From NCBI GenBank assembly GCA_041497835.1, contig JBGQHF010000002.1:16500-80499 (forward strand): a DNA stretch of 64,000 nt, read 5' to 3'. Made by a program: the position numbers and the translations under genes. The notes beneath the pieces are model-generated. The model made no database searches, was not told the DNA's origin, and saw only the letters and a list, made by a program, of their open reading frames with translations. Numbering within the stretch: the first letter of the stretch is position 1; every line of letters begins with the position of its first letter. This DNA is from Terriglobia bacterium. GTDB lineage: Bacteria; Acidobacteriota; Terriglobia; Acidiferrales; UBA7541. This document shows, piece after piece, positions 1-9,190 of the stretch.

Positions 1-514
1 ACGGCGTCAAGTTGCGGGAAATAATGTCGGGAGAAGGCGGCCCCGATATCTTACCGAAATTCCGTCCCCCGCCCAGGTACGTCTTGGGATTGACCTTCTT
101 CGGCTGGCCAAAGAATGGGTTTGCACCTGGAACGAATTGGGCCTGGGGGCCGGTATCGTGGCAATCGTTGCAGCCCCCAAAGTTCACCAGGTAGCTTCCT
201 AGTCCCACCAGAGCGCAATTCTTATCGTCCAGGTTCAGGGGAACCGGCGCAATGGCAAAGCCGCGTCGAACCCTGGGATCCGATTCCTCCCCTTCGTCCT
301 CTCCGTTTCGTCGTCCCCGTCTCTCTGCGCAGGGATTCTCTCGATCTTCTCGATTCAGATGTACCGTGCCTGAAATTGCAGACGAGTGGAGCATGCCTGC
401 AACCGAATCGGCCGGGTGTTTCGTTTTCTCTGCTTGACCCCTCGGGGTAGTGAACAGCAAGAAGGCGAGGGAGAACCCAACAATCAAAAGGGCGATCATG
501 TGGTTTCGCTTCAT
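1..514 (-). CDS. Exported c-type cytochrome, 3'-partial (runs off the left edge; absent from the ORF track)
   Basis: Manual translation from ATG 514: MKRNHMIALLIVGFSLAFLLFTTPRGQA (signal-peptide-like) ... GFAIAPVPLNL ... VGLGSYLVNFGGCNDCH (CxxCH heme motif) ... YLGGGRNFG ... PDIISRNLTP; no stop before base 1. Confidence 0.75.
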   Translation of the reverse strand, partial: MKRNHMIALLIVGFSLAFLLFTTPRGQAEKTKHPADSVAGMLHSSAISGTVHLNREDRENPCAERRGRRNGEDEGEESDPRVRRGFAIAPVPLNLDDKNCALVGLGSYLVNFGGCNDCHDTGPQAQFVPGANPFFGQPKKVNPKTYLGGGRNFGKISGPPSPDIISRNLTP

Positions 515-820
515 TGTCTAATCACCTCAACTTTCTTTGTTCCATCATCTTCATAGCGGTCACCAACGACGTGATTGATTTCTTTCGGTGGAACCTTTGC
601 CTCACTTGGGATTGAGCATTTGCTCCGGAAATAGAGCGGACTACTTGGTGAGGCAGTGGGAGCAGATTCTGTTCTCCCTACCTTCAGTCAGTCAAGTACC
701 AGAATGAGTCCAGTACCGGGGGATACCGTGCCCTCGGACAATAGTTCTGAACTTGTGGACTCCTAAGAAACTGATTTGCTATGTCATTGAAAATACTAGA
801 TTGTCGGGACAGTTTCTTCT

Positions 821-970
821 GTCCCTGTCCGAGCGGAGCTCAGTCAGTTGCTAACCGGACATGTGGCCCTCCCGGACACCTTGGCGATTGTTCCCGAGTG
901 ACGGCGCACTCGGAGACAATCTACGTGGCCGCATAACGCACTGATCGGAAACTAACCCACTACCAGGGAT
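821..970. ncRNA. Candidate rod-like structured RNA (6S-like)
   Basis: Nested pairings 821-827/964-970, 828-832/945-949, 844-848/940-944, 861-868/927-934 and a 15-bp terminal stem 886-900/907-921; no convincing CDS here. Confidence 0.4.
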
Positions 971-979
971 TGGCTTGTC

Positions 980-1008
980 TTGACGCGGGCATCCCCGACC
1001 TGTAAACT
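980..1008 (+). promoter_or_regulatory. Sigma70-type promoter for the iron-uptake operon
   Basis: TTGACG (980-985), 17 nt, TAAACT (1003-1008), about 40 nt upstream of the FTR1 start; an imperfect inverted repeat GTTGCAACTGATTGTCAAC (1019-1037) follows and may be an operator. Confidence 0.55.
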
Positions 1009-1046
1009 CATTCCTGTAGTTGCAACTGATTGTCAACTGGAGACCC

Positions 1047-2327
1047 TTGCTTTCTGCCTTCCTCATCGCCCTCCGCGAAGGTGTCGAAGCCGCTCTCGTC
1101 GTGGGCATCGTTCTCGTGTACCTCTCCCGCACCGGGCGCTCTCACCTTTCCCGGTACGTCTGGTCCGGCGTCGGCGCCGCCGGGGCGCTCAGCCTCGCCG
1201 TCGCCATTGCCCTGGAGCGCTGGCAGGTCAGCCAGGATGGCTTCGAAGGGCTGCTCCTTCTGATCGCCGCGGTCTTCGTCGTGACGATGATTGTATGGAT
1301 GAACCGCGTTGCGCGCCACCTGCGGAGCAACATCGAATCGCGCGTCGAAACCTATGCGGAGCGCGCCGGACGCGCCGCCGGATGGGGCCTGCTTCTGTTT
1401 GTTTTTCTCATGGTGCTGCGCGAAGGCGCCGAGCTGGCGCTGATCCTCCGCGCCGTGGAGCTCTCCACGGAAGGGATGCAGACCTGGATCGGCACGCTCG
1501 CCGGGATTGCCGCCGCCGTGGCGGTGGGCCTGTTCTTCTTCAAGGGCACCCTGCAAGTGCCGTTACCGCGATTTTTCGCGGCGACGAGCTTGATCCTGAT
1601 GATTGTGGCGTTTCAGCTTGCCCTCACCGGTCTGCACGAGCTGAGCGAGGCGCGCTGGCTTCCCTCGAGCAAAGGCGAAATGGCGCTGATCGGCCCCATC
1701 GTCCGGAACGACTTGTTCTTTTTCGTATTCATCCTGGGAGCCGCGGCCCTGCTGGTTCTCCGCGAGTGGACGTCCCTGGCGCCTGCCGCGCGTTTGCAGC
1801 AGCCCACGCCGCCCGCGCCCCCTGCAAACGATGCGGAACGCCGCCGTTCCGAGTGGGACCGGCGCCGCCAGCGCCGCTGGATGATGGCCGCCGCGTCGGC
1901 GTGCCTTGCCGTGGTGATGGCTCTGACGGCGGACTTCATCTATGCGAAAGCGCACGCCGCTCCGCCGGAGGCTCAACTCATTGAGGCTCGCAATGGAGAG
2001 GTCCGCATTCCACTGGCGAGCGTGCAGGATTCGAATCTGCACCTCTTCACCGTGCGTGTGGACGGCCAAGCGCTGCGCTTCCTCGTGATTCGCAAGCCCA
2101 ATGGCTGGGGCACGGCGCTCGACGCCTGCCGCATCTGCGGAGCCAAGGGCTACCACCAGGATGGCCAGAACGTGATCTGCCGCCACTGTGCTTCCGCGAT
2201 CTATGTGCCGTCCATCGGCGACCAGGGCGGCTGCAATCCCGTAGGCGTGCCTTCGCGGGTGGAGGGCCCCGAGCTTGTTCTGAATGTGTCGTCGATGACC
2301 CAGGCGGCGAGAGAGGTTCCGCAATAG
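1047..2327 (+). CDS. FTR1-family iron permease fused to a C-terminal DUF2318-like Cys-rich domain
   Basis: Two REGxE motifs (LREGVE, LREGAE), multiple TM helices, C-terminal DACRIC..CRHC..GGCNP; TTG start at 1047 after GGAG. Confidence 0.88.
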   Translation: MLSAFLIALREGVEAALVVGIVLVYLSRTGRSHLSRYVWSGVGAAGALSLAVAIALERWQVSQDGFEGLLLLIAAVFVVTMIVWMNRVARHLRSNIESRVETYAERAGRAAGWGLLLFVFLMVLREGAELALILRAVELSTEGMQTWIGTLAGIAAAVAVGLFFFKGTLQVPLPRFFAATSLILMIVAFQLALTGLHELSEARWLPSSKGEMALIGPIVRNDLFFFVFILGAAALLVLREWTSLAPAARLQQPTPPAPPANDAERRRSEWDRRRQRRWMMAAASACLAVVMALTADFIYAKAHAAPPEAQLIEARNGEVRIPLASVQDSNLHLFTVRVDGQALRFLVIRKPNGWGTALDACRICGAKGYHQDGQNVICRHCASAIYVPSIGDQGGCNPVGVPSRVEGPELVLNVSSMTQAAREVPQ

Positions 2328-2355
2328 GCCTCGCAGCCGGCTGCGCGCCACACCT

Positions 2356-3657
2356 ATGTTTCTTCGCCTCGTTGCCGATTCCTTCTCGCGCCGCCTGAGC
2401 CGGCAGCTTCTGACGGCCGCCGCGCTCGCCCTGGGCATGGCCGTGGCCACCGCGGCCTTGAGCGTTTCACTCGATGTGGGCGACCGGCTGGCGCGCGAAT
2501 TCCGCAGCCTGGGCGCGAACCTGCTGGTCACGCCACAGGCCGATTCTTTGCCGCTCGAAATCGGCGGAGTGGACTACCGGCCGGTCAACGCGGGCGCGTA
2601 CCTGCCGGAAGCGGACCTCGGGAAGCTCAAGACGATTTTCTGGCGGCACAATATCCTCGGTTTTGCGCCCGTGCTGGAAGTTCCGGCGGTGATTCTGACG
2701 CCGCCCGTCGGCATGGACGACGCGCCGTGGGTTATCACGCCCATGACCGTAATCGGAACGTGGTCCCAGCACGCGGTTTCCGTTCCGGATGGCGTCACCG
2801 TTCACACCGGGGTTGAAAAAACAAATCCCTGGTGGCGGGTCGAGGGCCGCTGGTTCAGCGAAGCGGGGGGCGAGTGCGTCGTCGGCCGGTTCTTCGCGCG
2901 CCGCACGGGAGTGCGAATCGGCGGCACCATTCTGGTGAAGAACAGCCCTCAGAATATTCCGTTGCAGGTGACCGGAGTCCTGGATACCAGCGGTCCGGAA
3001 GACGACGCGATCGTCGTGCCCATTGGGCTGGCACAGAAGCTCTCCGACAAACCCGGACAGTATCGCCGGCTCTATGTCAGCGCCTTGACGAAGCCGGAAG
3101 ATGAGTTTGGGAGGCGTGATCCGAAGTCCATGACATCCGCGGAATTCGACCGCTGGTTCTGCACCCCGTATATCTCCGCGATTGCTCTGCAGATTCAGCA
3201 GGCTCTGCCCGGCACGGACGCGCGCGTGATCCGTCGCGTGGCCGAAGGCGAGGGCCGCATCCTGACGCGTCTGCGAAATTTGCTTTGGCTCGTGGCGGGG
3301 GCGGCGTTGCTGGCCGCGGCTCTGGCCGTGGGCGCGACGTCCGCGGCCACGATTATCGAGCGCCGCACGGAGATCGGCCTCATGAAGGCACTGGGCGCGG
3401 GGACGGACATGGTGAAGAGCCTCTTTGCGGCGGAGCAGATTCTCCTCTCCCTGGTAGGCGGTGCGGCCGGCTATGCGCTCGGCATCATTCTAGCGCGGCT
3501 CCTCGGACAGATTGTTTTCGGCGCGGCGCCGCAGCCTTCGCCGCTGGTCTTTGCCGTTGTGATGGGGCTTGCCGTTGCCGTCACGCTTCTCGGCAGCGCG
3601 GTTTCCCTGCGGCGGGCTGCACGTCTGGAGCCCGCTCCAATTCTGCGAGGCGAATGA
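2356..3657 (+). CDS. FtsX/MacB-family ABC permease
   Basis: N-terminal TM, EFRSLGANLLV, ERRTEIGLMKALGA, three C-terminal TMs. Confidence 0.88.
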   Translation: MFLRLVADSFSRRLSRQLLTAAALALGMAVATAALSVSLDVGDRLAREFRSLGANLLVTPQADSLPLEIGGVDYRPVNAGAYLPEADLGKLKTIFWRHNILGFAPVLEVPAVILTPPVGMDDAPWVITPMTVIGTWSQHAVSVPDGVTVHTGVEKTNPWWRVEGRWFSEAGGECVVGRFFARRTGVRIGGTILVKNSPQNIPLQVTGVLDTSGPEDDAIVVPIGLAQKLSDKPGQYRRLYVSALTKPEDEFGRRDPKSMTSAEFDRWFCTPYISAIALQIQQALPGTDARVIRRVAEGEGRILTRLRNLLWLVAGAALLAAALAVGATSAATIIERRTEIGLMKALGAGTDMVKSLFAAEQILLSLVGGAAGYALGIILARLLGQIVFGAAPQPSPLVFAVVMGLAVAVTLLGSAVSLRRAARLEPAPILRGE

Positions 3658-4802
3658 TGTTCTGGCGGATTCTACGGCGGCTGCTGCGATCCAACCCCGC
3701 GCGCATGGCCACGGTGCTTCTTGCATTGGGCGCGGGTGCCGCGGTCACCGCCGCGCTGCTGAATCTGAAGGTGGACGCCGAGCGCCGCTTGACGACGGAG
3801 TTCCGCTCCTTCGGCGCAAATGTCGTCGTTTCGCCGCGCGCCGGCACAGCAGACAACGTGGAAACGATCGACGAGGGCCTCCTGAATCGCGTACCACTGG
3901 AGTTCGAAAGTGCGCCGGTTTCCGCTGTCCCGTTCCTCTATTTTGTAGCCGGCGTCTCGAAGTCCGGCGAAGCCCGGCCGCAGACCGTCACCGCCGTTGT
4001 CGCCGGCACGAATCTGTCTGGCCTCAGCCTCGTCGGTCCGGGGTGGAGGTTCGATCCCGTCGTTCCGCTGAAATCCGAGGGAGCGGCTTGCCTTGTGGGA
4101 GCGCGGGTTGCGGCGCAGTTTGACGCGCATCCAGGAGAAATACTGACCCTTCGCAGTGCCGGGAAGGGAGAAAAATGCAGAATCGGCGCGAGTGTCTCTG
4201 CCGGCGGCACGGAAGATAACCAGGTCTTTGTCGAGTTGCCAATGGCGCAGCGGCTGGCCACGCAGCCGGGACGAATCAGCTTGATTCAGGTAAGTGTGGC
4301 GGGCACTCCGCTGCGAATTGAAGCGTTCATCGCGCGGCTTTCGGGGGCGCTGCCGGAGGCAAACGTGCGCGGCGTGCGCCAGTTCAGTGACGCGGAAGCA
4401 CACCTATACGGCCGAATTCGCGGTCTGCTGACCGCGACCGTCGCGCTGATTCTCGTGCTCACCGGACTTTGCGTGATGGCGGCAATGACCAACGCCGCCA
4501 TGGAACGCAAGCACGACGTGGGACTCATGAAGGCCATCGGCGGGCCGGTGGCGCGCGTCTTGCGGCTTTTCCTGGCCGAAGCGGCGATTCTTGGTGTTGT
4601 GGGTGGAATCCTCGGCGCTGCGGCGGGAATTGCGCTTTCGATTTGGCTGGGCAAAGCGGTGTTTGGCGTGGCGGCGCAGCCGCGCCTGATTGTGTATCCT
4701 GTTACGGTCGTCCTCACGGTGCTGGTCGCCATTGCCGGAGCGTTTCCGCTGCGGCGTCTCGCGGGTGTGAAGCCGGCCGTCATTTTCCGGGGAGAGGCAT
4801 GA
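3654..4802 (+). CDS. FtsX/MacB-family ABC permease
   Basis: ATGA overlap with the previous gene; EFRSFGANVVV, ERKHDVGLMKAIG. Confidence 0.88.
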   Translation: MMFWRILRRLLRSNPARMATVLLALGAGAAVTAALLNLKVDAERRLTTEFRSFGANVVVSPRAGTADNVETIDEGLLNRVPLEFESAPVSAVPFLYFVAGVSKSGEARPQTVTAVVAGTNLSGLSLVGPGWRFDPVVPLKSEGAACLVGARVAAQFDAHPGEILTLRSAGKGEKCRIGASVSAGGTEDNQVFVELPMAQRLATQPGRISLIQVSVAGTPLRIEAFIARLSGALPEANVRGVRQFSDAEAHLYGRIRGLLTATVALILVLTGLCVMAAMTNAAMERKHDVGLMKAIGGPVARVLRLFLAEAAILGVVGGILGAAAGIALSIWLGKAVFGVAAQPRLIVYPVTVVLTVLVAIAGAFPLRRLAGVKPAVIFRGEA

Positions 4803-5881
4803 GCGCGCAGGTCATCGTCGAATCGCTCGTCAAGCAGTACGGCGGTCTGCGCGCGCTCGACGGACTCAGCCTGTCCGTGGACGCCGGCGAATGGATCGCC
4901 CTCATGGGCCCTTCCGGTTCGGGCAAGACGTCGCTCATCAATATCCTCGGCGGCTTGGACACGCCGACATCGGGCCGCGTGCTCGTGGACGGCGTGGAAG
5001 TCTCCCGGTTGAGCGAGTCCGAGCTGGTGCGCTACCGCGCGGAGAAGATCGGCTTCGTCTTCCAGCAATTTCATCTCGTGCCGTACCTCACGGCGGTCGA
5101 AAACGTGATGCTCGCGCAGTATTTTCACAGCGTGACCGACGAACCGCAGGCCGCGGAAGCGCTGCGCCGCGTCGGACTGGGCGACCGCCTGACGCATCTT
5201 CCTTCGCAGCTCTCCGGCGGCGAACAACAGCGCGTAGCCATCGCGCGGGCGCTCATCAACCAGCCAAAACTGATTCTCGCCGATGAACCGACCGGCAACT
5301 TGGATGAGGCCAACGAGAAAATCGTGATGGAGATTTTCCGCGGGCTGCACCGGGCGGGGCACACCATCCTGATGGTGACGCACGACACGGGCCTGGCGCG
5401 CGAAGCCGATCGCCGCGTCGAGCTTTCCCACGGGCGCCTCGATCAGGTCGCGGCCATTTCGACCGAGGATCAGGTCCGCTTCGATCATCTGCTCGAACAG
5501 ATCTGGGTGTGCGGGGAAGAGGGCACCGCCGCAAAGGTCGAACGCATTCGCACGCCCGGCTCCGCGGATCCCCTCCGTACCCTCGGGCGTCTCGTGGACC
5601 TTGAGCTCGTCGCCGTCCGCGATTCCGAAGTGCAGCTCACGGAGCAGGGAAGCCGCCGCGCCCGCGACGTCATCCGCAGGCACCGCCTGGCCGAACGCCT
5701 CTTCAAGGATACGTTCGCGATCGACGATTCCGAAGCGCACACGCAGGCCTGCAAGTTCGAACACATCATCAGCCCGGAGCTTGATCACCGCATCTGCAGC
5801 TTTCTCGGCCACCCGAAAACCTGTCCGCACGGCAATCCCATTCCTCCGGGCGATTGCTGCCCCGAGTCTTCTTCCCGCTAG
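4799..5881 (+). CDS. ABC ATPase (LolD/MacB type) fused to a DtxR/MntR-like metal-binding/dimerisation domain
   Basis: Walker A GPSGSGKT, LSGGEQQR, ILADEPTGNLD; C-terminal RRHRLAERLF, ACKFEHIIS, LGHPKTCPHGNPIP. Confidence 0.88.
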   Translation: MSAQVIVESLVKQYGGLRALDGLSLSVDAGEWIALMGPSGSGKTSLINILGGLDTPTSGRVLVDGVEVSRLSESELVRYRAEKIGFVFQQFHLVPYLTAVENVMLAQYFHSVTDEPQAAEALRRVGLGDRLTHLPSQLSGGEQQRVAIARALINQPKLILADEPTGNLDEANEKIVMEIFRGLHRAGHTILMVTHDTGLAREADRRVELSHGRLDQVAAISTEDQVRFDHLLEQIWVCGEEGTAAKVERIRTPGSADPLRTLGRLVDLELVAVRDSEVQLTEQGSRRARDVIRRHRLAERLFKDTFAIDDSEAHTQACKFEHIISPELDHRICSFLGHPKTCPHGNPIPPGDCCPESSSR

Positions 5882-5896
5882 GAGCCGGCAACCCTC

Positions 5897-6283
5897 ATGC
5901 CCACGCCCGTTGATTCCCGGAAAAAACCTTCGAGCATTAAGATTCACGTCTCGACCGGAGCGGGTGTGGACATCGCCTGGGCGGACGGCCACGCCAGCCA
6001 CTACGACTTCGCCTATCTGCGCGAACAGTGCCCCTGCGCCATGTGCAATGACGAACGGTATAAGAAGGCCTCGATGGGGGGCAGCGTCCTCGCGCCCTCG
6101 GCGCTCCTGCCCATGTACAAACCGAAGCCGAGGGCGCAGTCGGCCACGCCGATGGGAAACTACGCCATCCAAATCAGTTTCACCGACGGCCATTCCACCG
6201 GCATCTTCAGCTACGACTACTTCCGCATGATCTGTCCTTGCGGGGAGTGCGCAAAAGCCTTCCGCGAGTCCGAGGCCGGTTGA
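5897..6283 (+). CDS. DUF971 (GBBH-like N-terminal) domain protein
   Basis: IAWADGHASHYDFAYLREQCPCAMC ... GNYAIQISFTDGHSTGIFSYDY. Confidence 0.85.
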   Translation: MPTPVDSRKKPSSIKIHVSTGAGVDIAWADGHASHYDFAYLREQCPCAMCNDERYKKASMGGSVLAPSALLPMYKPKPRAQSATPMGNYAIQISFTDGHSTGIFSYDYFRMICPCGECAKAFRESEAG

Positions 6284-6365
6284 ACAATTCAGACGTCCGC
6301 GTGGCTAGACTTCCACCCCAAAATCGTGCGAGCATCCTTACCCGCCAAGGAACCTTGACCCAGAA

Positions 6366-8642
6366 ATGAGCTCCAATACCATCGGACCCGCGGCTCCCGG
6401 CGGCCGCGGCAGCGCGATCCCACGCGTCATTGTCGCGACAACGGCCCTCCTTACCTTCATCTCGTTCTGGCGCGCCGCGGCCATCGTCCTCAATGACCTC
6501 GCCTCCTCGGCCTACTACGCCGGCGGCGAAGCAGAAGGCTTCGTCGGAAAGTCTGCGCCGTGGTTCATTCTGGCGGTCATGCTCTTTTCCTACGCCGTCC
6601 GCGCCGTGTACGTCGAAAGCTGCAGCATGTTCGTTCGTGGCGGTGTGTACCGCGCCGTCAAGCAGGCGCTGGGCGGCACGCTGGCCAAATTCTCCGTCTC
6701 GGCGTTGATGTTCGACTACATCCTCACAGGGCCAATCAGCGGCGTGACCGCCGGCAAGTATGTTGCCGGCCTCGTAAACGAGCTCTTTGCCTACTTTCAT
6801 GTGCAGGCCTATCTTCAACCAAGCGTAACGGCTGCCGTGTTCGCGGTGGCTGTGACCCTCTATTTCTGGTGGCAAAACATCAAGGGAATTCCCGAATCAA
6901 GCGAAAAAGCGCTGTACATCATGAAGCTCGTCACCGTCATGGTGGTACTGCTCATAGGCTGGTGTTTCTATACAGTTTGGGTCCGCGGCGCCCACCTGCC
7001 GCCGTTCCCGACCGCGAAGACCATTGTTCTCGGGGAGAACGCCTTGGGCTGGCTCCATGGCGTGGAGTTGGGGAAACTGTTTGGACTCGTGGCTATTTTT
7101 GTGGGGCTGGGCCATTCCGTGCTGGCGATGAGCGGGGAGGAGTCCCTCGCTCAGGTCTATCGGGAAATCGAACACCCCAAGCTGCCCAATCTGAAAAAAG
7201 CCGGGCTCGTCATCTTCGTTTATAGCCTCTTGTTTACCTCGTTGGTTTCCTTCTTTGCCGTGATGATCATCCCAGACGACGTGCGTCAGGGCTTTCTGCA
7301 AAATCTGATCGGCGGTCTGGCGATGAACCTCCATGGGCCATTCATCGCGCGGCTGGTCTTTCACGGTTTTGTGGTGGTGGTTGGTACGCTGATCCTGGCC
7401 GGCGCCGTCAATACGGCGATTATCGGCTCGAACGGCGTGTTGAACCGGGTTTCCGAGGATGGCGTTCTGGCTGCTTGGTTCCGGCAGCCGCACCGGCGCT
7501 TTGGGACTTCCTCTCGCATTATCAACATTGTCGTCACGCTTCAGATCATCACAATTCTCATCAGCCGCGGCGACGTCACCTTCCTCGCGAATCTCTATGC
7601 CTTTGGCGTGATCTGGAGTTTCGCGATGAACAGCCTCTCCGTGCTCGTGCTTCGCTACAAACACCCGGGAGAGCGCGAATACCAGGTTCCGTTCAATTTG
7701 CGCATTCGCGGTGTGGAGATTCCCATCGGCCTGGGGCTGATTGCATTGATTTTGTTCATCATCGCCATCGTGAATCTCTTTACGAAACCTGCGGCCACGG
7801 TTTCAGGCGTTGTTTTCTCACTTCTGCTTTTTCTGGTGTTCACGCTTTCGGAGCGCTCTGCGCGCAGGGGGAAAGCCGGCGAGTCTCGCGAGGAAAGCAT
7901 GGACCAGTTCAACCTCGGCCAGGAAAGCGAACTGACTCCCGCTGCCGTCGGTGCGCGCCCGGGCAACATCATCGTACCCGTCAGCAATTACCACTCGCTT
8001 TATCATCTGGGAAGCGTCCTCGACCGGTTCAAGCCAGAGCGCCGTGACGTCGTGGTTCTGCACGTGCGCGTACTGCGCCGCGCCGCTTCCGGCGGGCACG
8101 AACTCGATCCGGAGCAGCTATTTGGAAGTGTCGAGCAGCACCTCTTCTCGCAAGCGCTCTCCATGGCCGAAAAGCGCGGGAAAAGCATCCGTCTCGCGGT
8201 GGTCGGCGCGAACGATCTGTGGGACGGCATCCTGCGCGCCGCGCAGAGCCTCCAGTCCGCCACGATTACCATCGGCACCTCCGCCAAGTGGACCACCGAG
8301 GAACAGGCGCGGCAGATCGGTGATGCTTGGGAAAAGCTGGGCGACCCCAAGCCCCAATTCAATCTGGAAATTCACACTCCCACCGGGGACAAGATTTTCA
8401 AGGTCCTGGGACCTCATGCGCCGAACCTGACGACCAACGAGGTCAATCAGCTCCACCAGCTCTGGCTACGCTTCAGCGAGGTCCTGGCGCCCGAAGAGCT
8501 CCACCACCACGACGTCGTCCATTTCGCGCTGGAGGAAGTGCGGAAGGAGATCGCAGAGGGGAAGGAAGACGAAGTCGTCAAGCGCCTGCGCGACCACATC
8601 GAAGAAAACAAGCGCAAGCGCCCGCCCCGGCCCAGTTCGTAG
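6366..8642 (+). CDS. APC-family permease with a cytoplasmic USP-like C-terminal domain
   Basis: About 12 TM helices, LNDLASSAYY, DYILTGPIS, followed by a soluble domain (IIVPVSN..VVVLHVRV). Confidence 0.8.
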   Translation: MSSNTIGPAAPGGRGSAIPRVIVATTALLTFISFWRAAAIVLNDLASSAYYAGGEAEGFVGKSAPWFILAVMLFSYAVRAVYVESCSMFVRGGVYRAVKQALGGTLAKFSVSALMFDYILTGPISGVTAGKYVAGLVNELFAYFHVQAYLQPSVTAAVFAVAVTLYFWWQNIKGIPESSEKALYIMKLVTVMVVLLIGWCFYTVWVRGAHLPPFPTAKTIVLGENALGWLHGVELGKLFGLVAIFVGLGHSVLAMSGEESLAQVYREIEHPKLPNLKKAGLVIFVYSLLFTSLVSFFAVMIIPDDVRQGFLQNLIGGLAMNLHGPFIARLVFHGFVVVVGTLILAGAVNTAIIGSNGVLNRVSEDGVLAAWFRQPHRRFGTSSRIINIVVTLQIITILISRGDVTFLANLYAFGVIWSFAMNSLSVLVLRYKHPGEREYQVPFNLRIRGVEIPIGLGLIALILFIIAIVNLFTKPAATVSGVVFSLLLFLVFTLSERSARRGKAGESREESMDQFNLGQESELTPAAVGARPGNIIVPVSNYHSLYHLGSVLDRFKPERRDVVVLHVRVLRRAASGGHELDPEQLFGSVEQHLFSQALSMAEKRGKSIRLAVVGANDLWDGILRAAQSLQSATITIGTSAKWTTEEQARQIGDAWEKLGDPKPQFNLEIHTPTGDKIFKVLGPHAPNLTTNEVNQLHQLWLRFSEVLAPEELHHHDVVHFALEEVRKEIAEGKEDEVVKRLRDHIEENKRKRPPRPSS

Positions 8643-8693
8643 AGGTGGCGCGTTTCTCCCCGCCTCTCTCGTTCGATTCACGCAGAGCCGGGA

Positions 8694-9131
8694 TCAGGTT
8701 GCGAGCTGCGCCGTGCAATGCCCGCAGCGCTTCGCCTTGATCGGGATTGTCATCATGCACTGCGGGCAATCTTTCGTTGCCGGCTCCGCCGGCGGAGCGG
8801 GTTTCGCGGTCCACTGGTTCACCTGCCGCACCAGCAGGAACACGGCGAACGCGATGATCAGAAAGTTGATGACCGTGTTGAAGAACAGGCCGTAGTTGAG
8901 CGTCGCCGCGCCGGCGGCCTTGGCCGCGGCCACGGTGTCGAACTGCTTGTCCGTAAGATTGACCAAAAGGTTTGAAAAATCCGCGTGTCCCAGCAGGCGG
9001 CCCATGGGCGGCATCAGCACATCCTCGACGAACGACGTGATAATCTTCCCGAACGCGGCGCCGATGATGATGCCGACGGCCATGTCCAGCACGTTCCCCT
9101 TCATCGCAAATGCCTTGAATTCCTTCAGCAT
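8694..9131 (-). CDS. mscL: Large-conductance mechanosensitive channel with a C-terminal zinc-ribbon tail
   Basis: MLKEFKAFAMKGNVLDMAVGIIIGAAFGKII, NYGLFFNTVINFLIIAF; tail CPQC..CGHC. Confidence 0.95.
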   Translation of the reverse strand: MLKEFKAFAMKGNVLDMAVGIIIGAAFGKIITSFVEDVLMPPMGRLLGHADFSNLLVNLTDKQFDTVAAAKAAGAATLNYGLFFNTVINFLIIAFAVFLLVRQVNQWTAKPAPPAEPATKDCPQCMMTIPIKAKRCGHCTAQLAT

Positions 9132-9190
9132 GGCGCACCTCCTCTTTCGCTGTCAAAAACGATTGTGTACCTGACCGCGCGACGCTCGAT

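Noticed and set aside
520-820. AT-richer stretch with GGACTCCTAAG (tRNA-Arg anticodon-like, 757-767) suggesting an island end
   Set aside because: No tRNA fold, no matching repeat and no integrase nearby
4286-6193. Very long antisense or alternate-frame ORFs (also 33659-35554, 36495-38561, 40388-42202, 44126-45919 and many others)
   Set aside because: Shadows of well-supported genes in high-GC DNA; no motifs and biased composition
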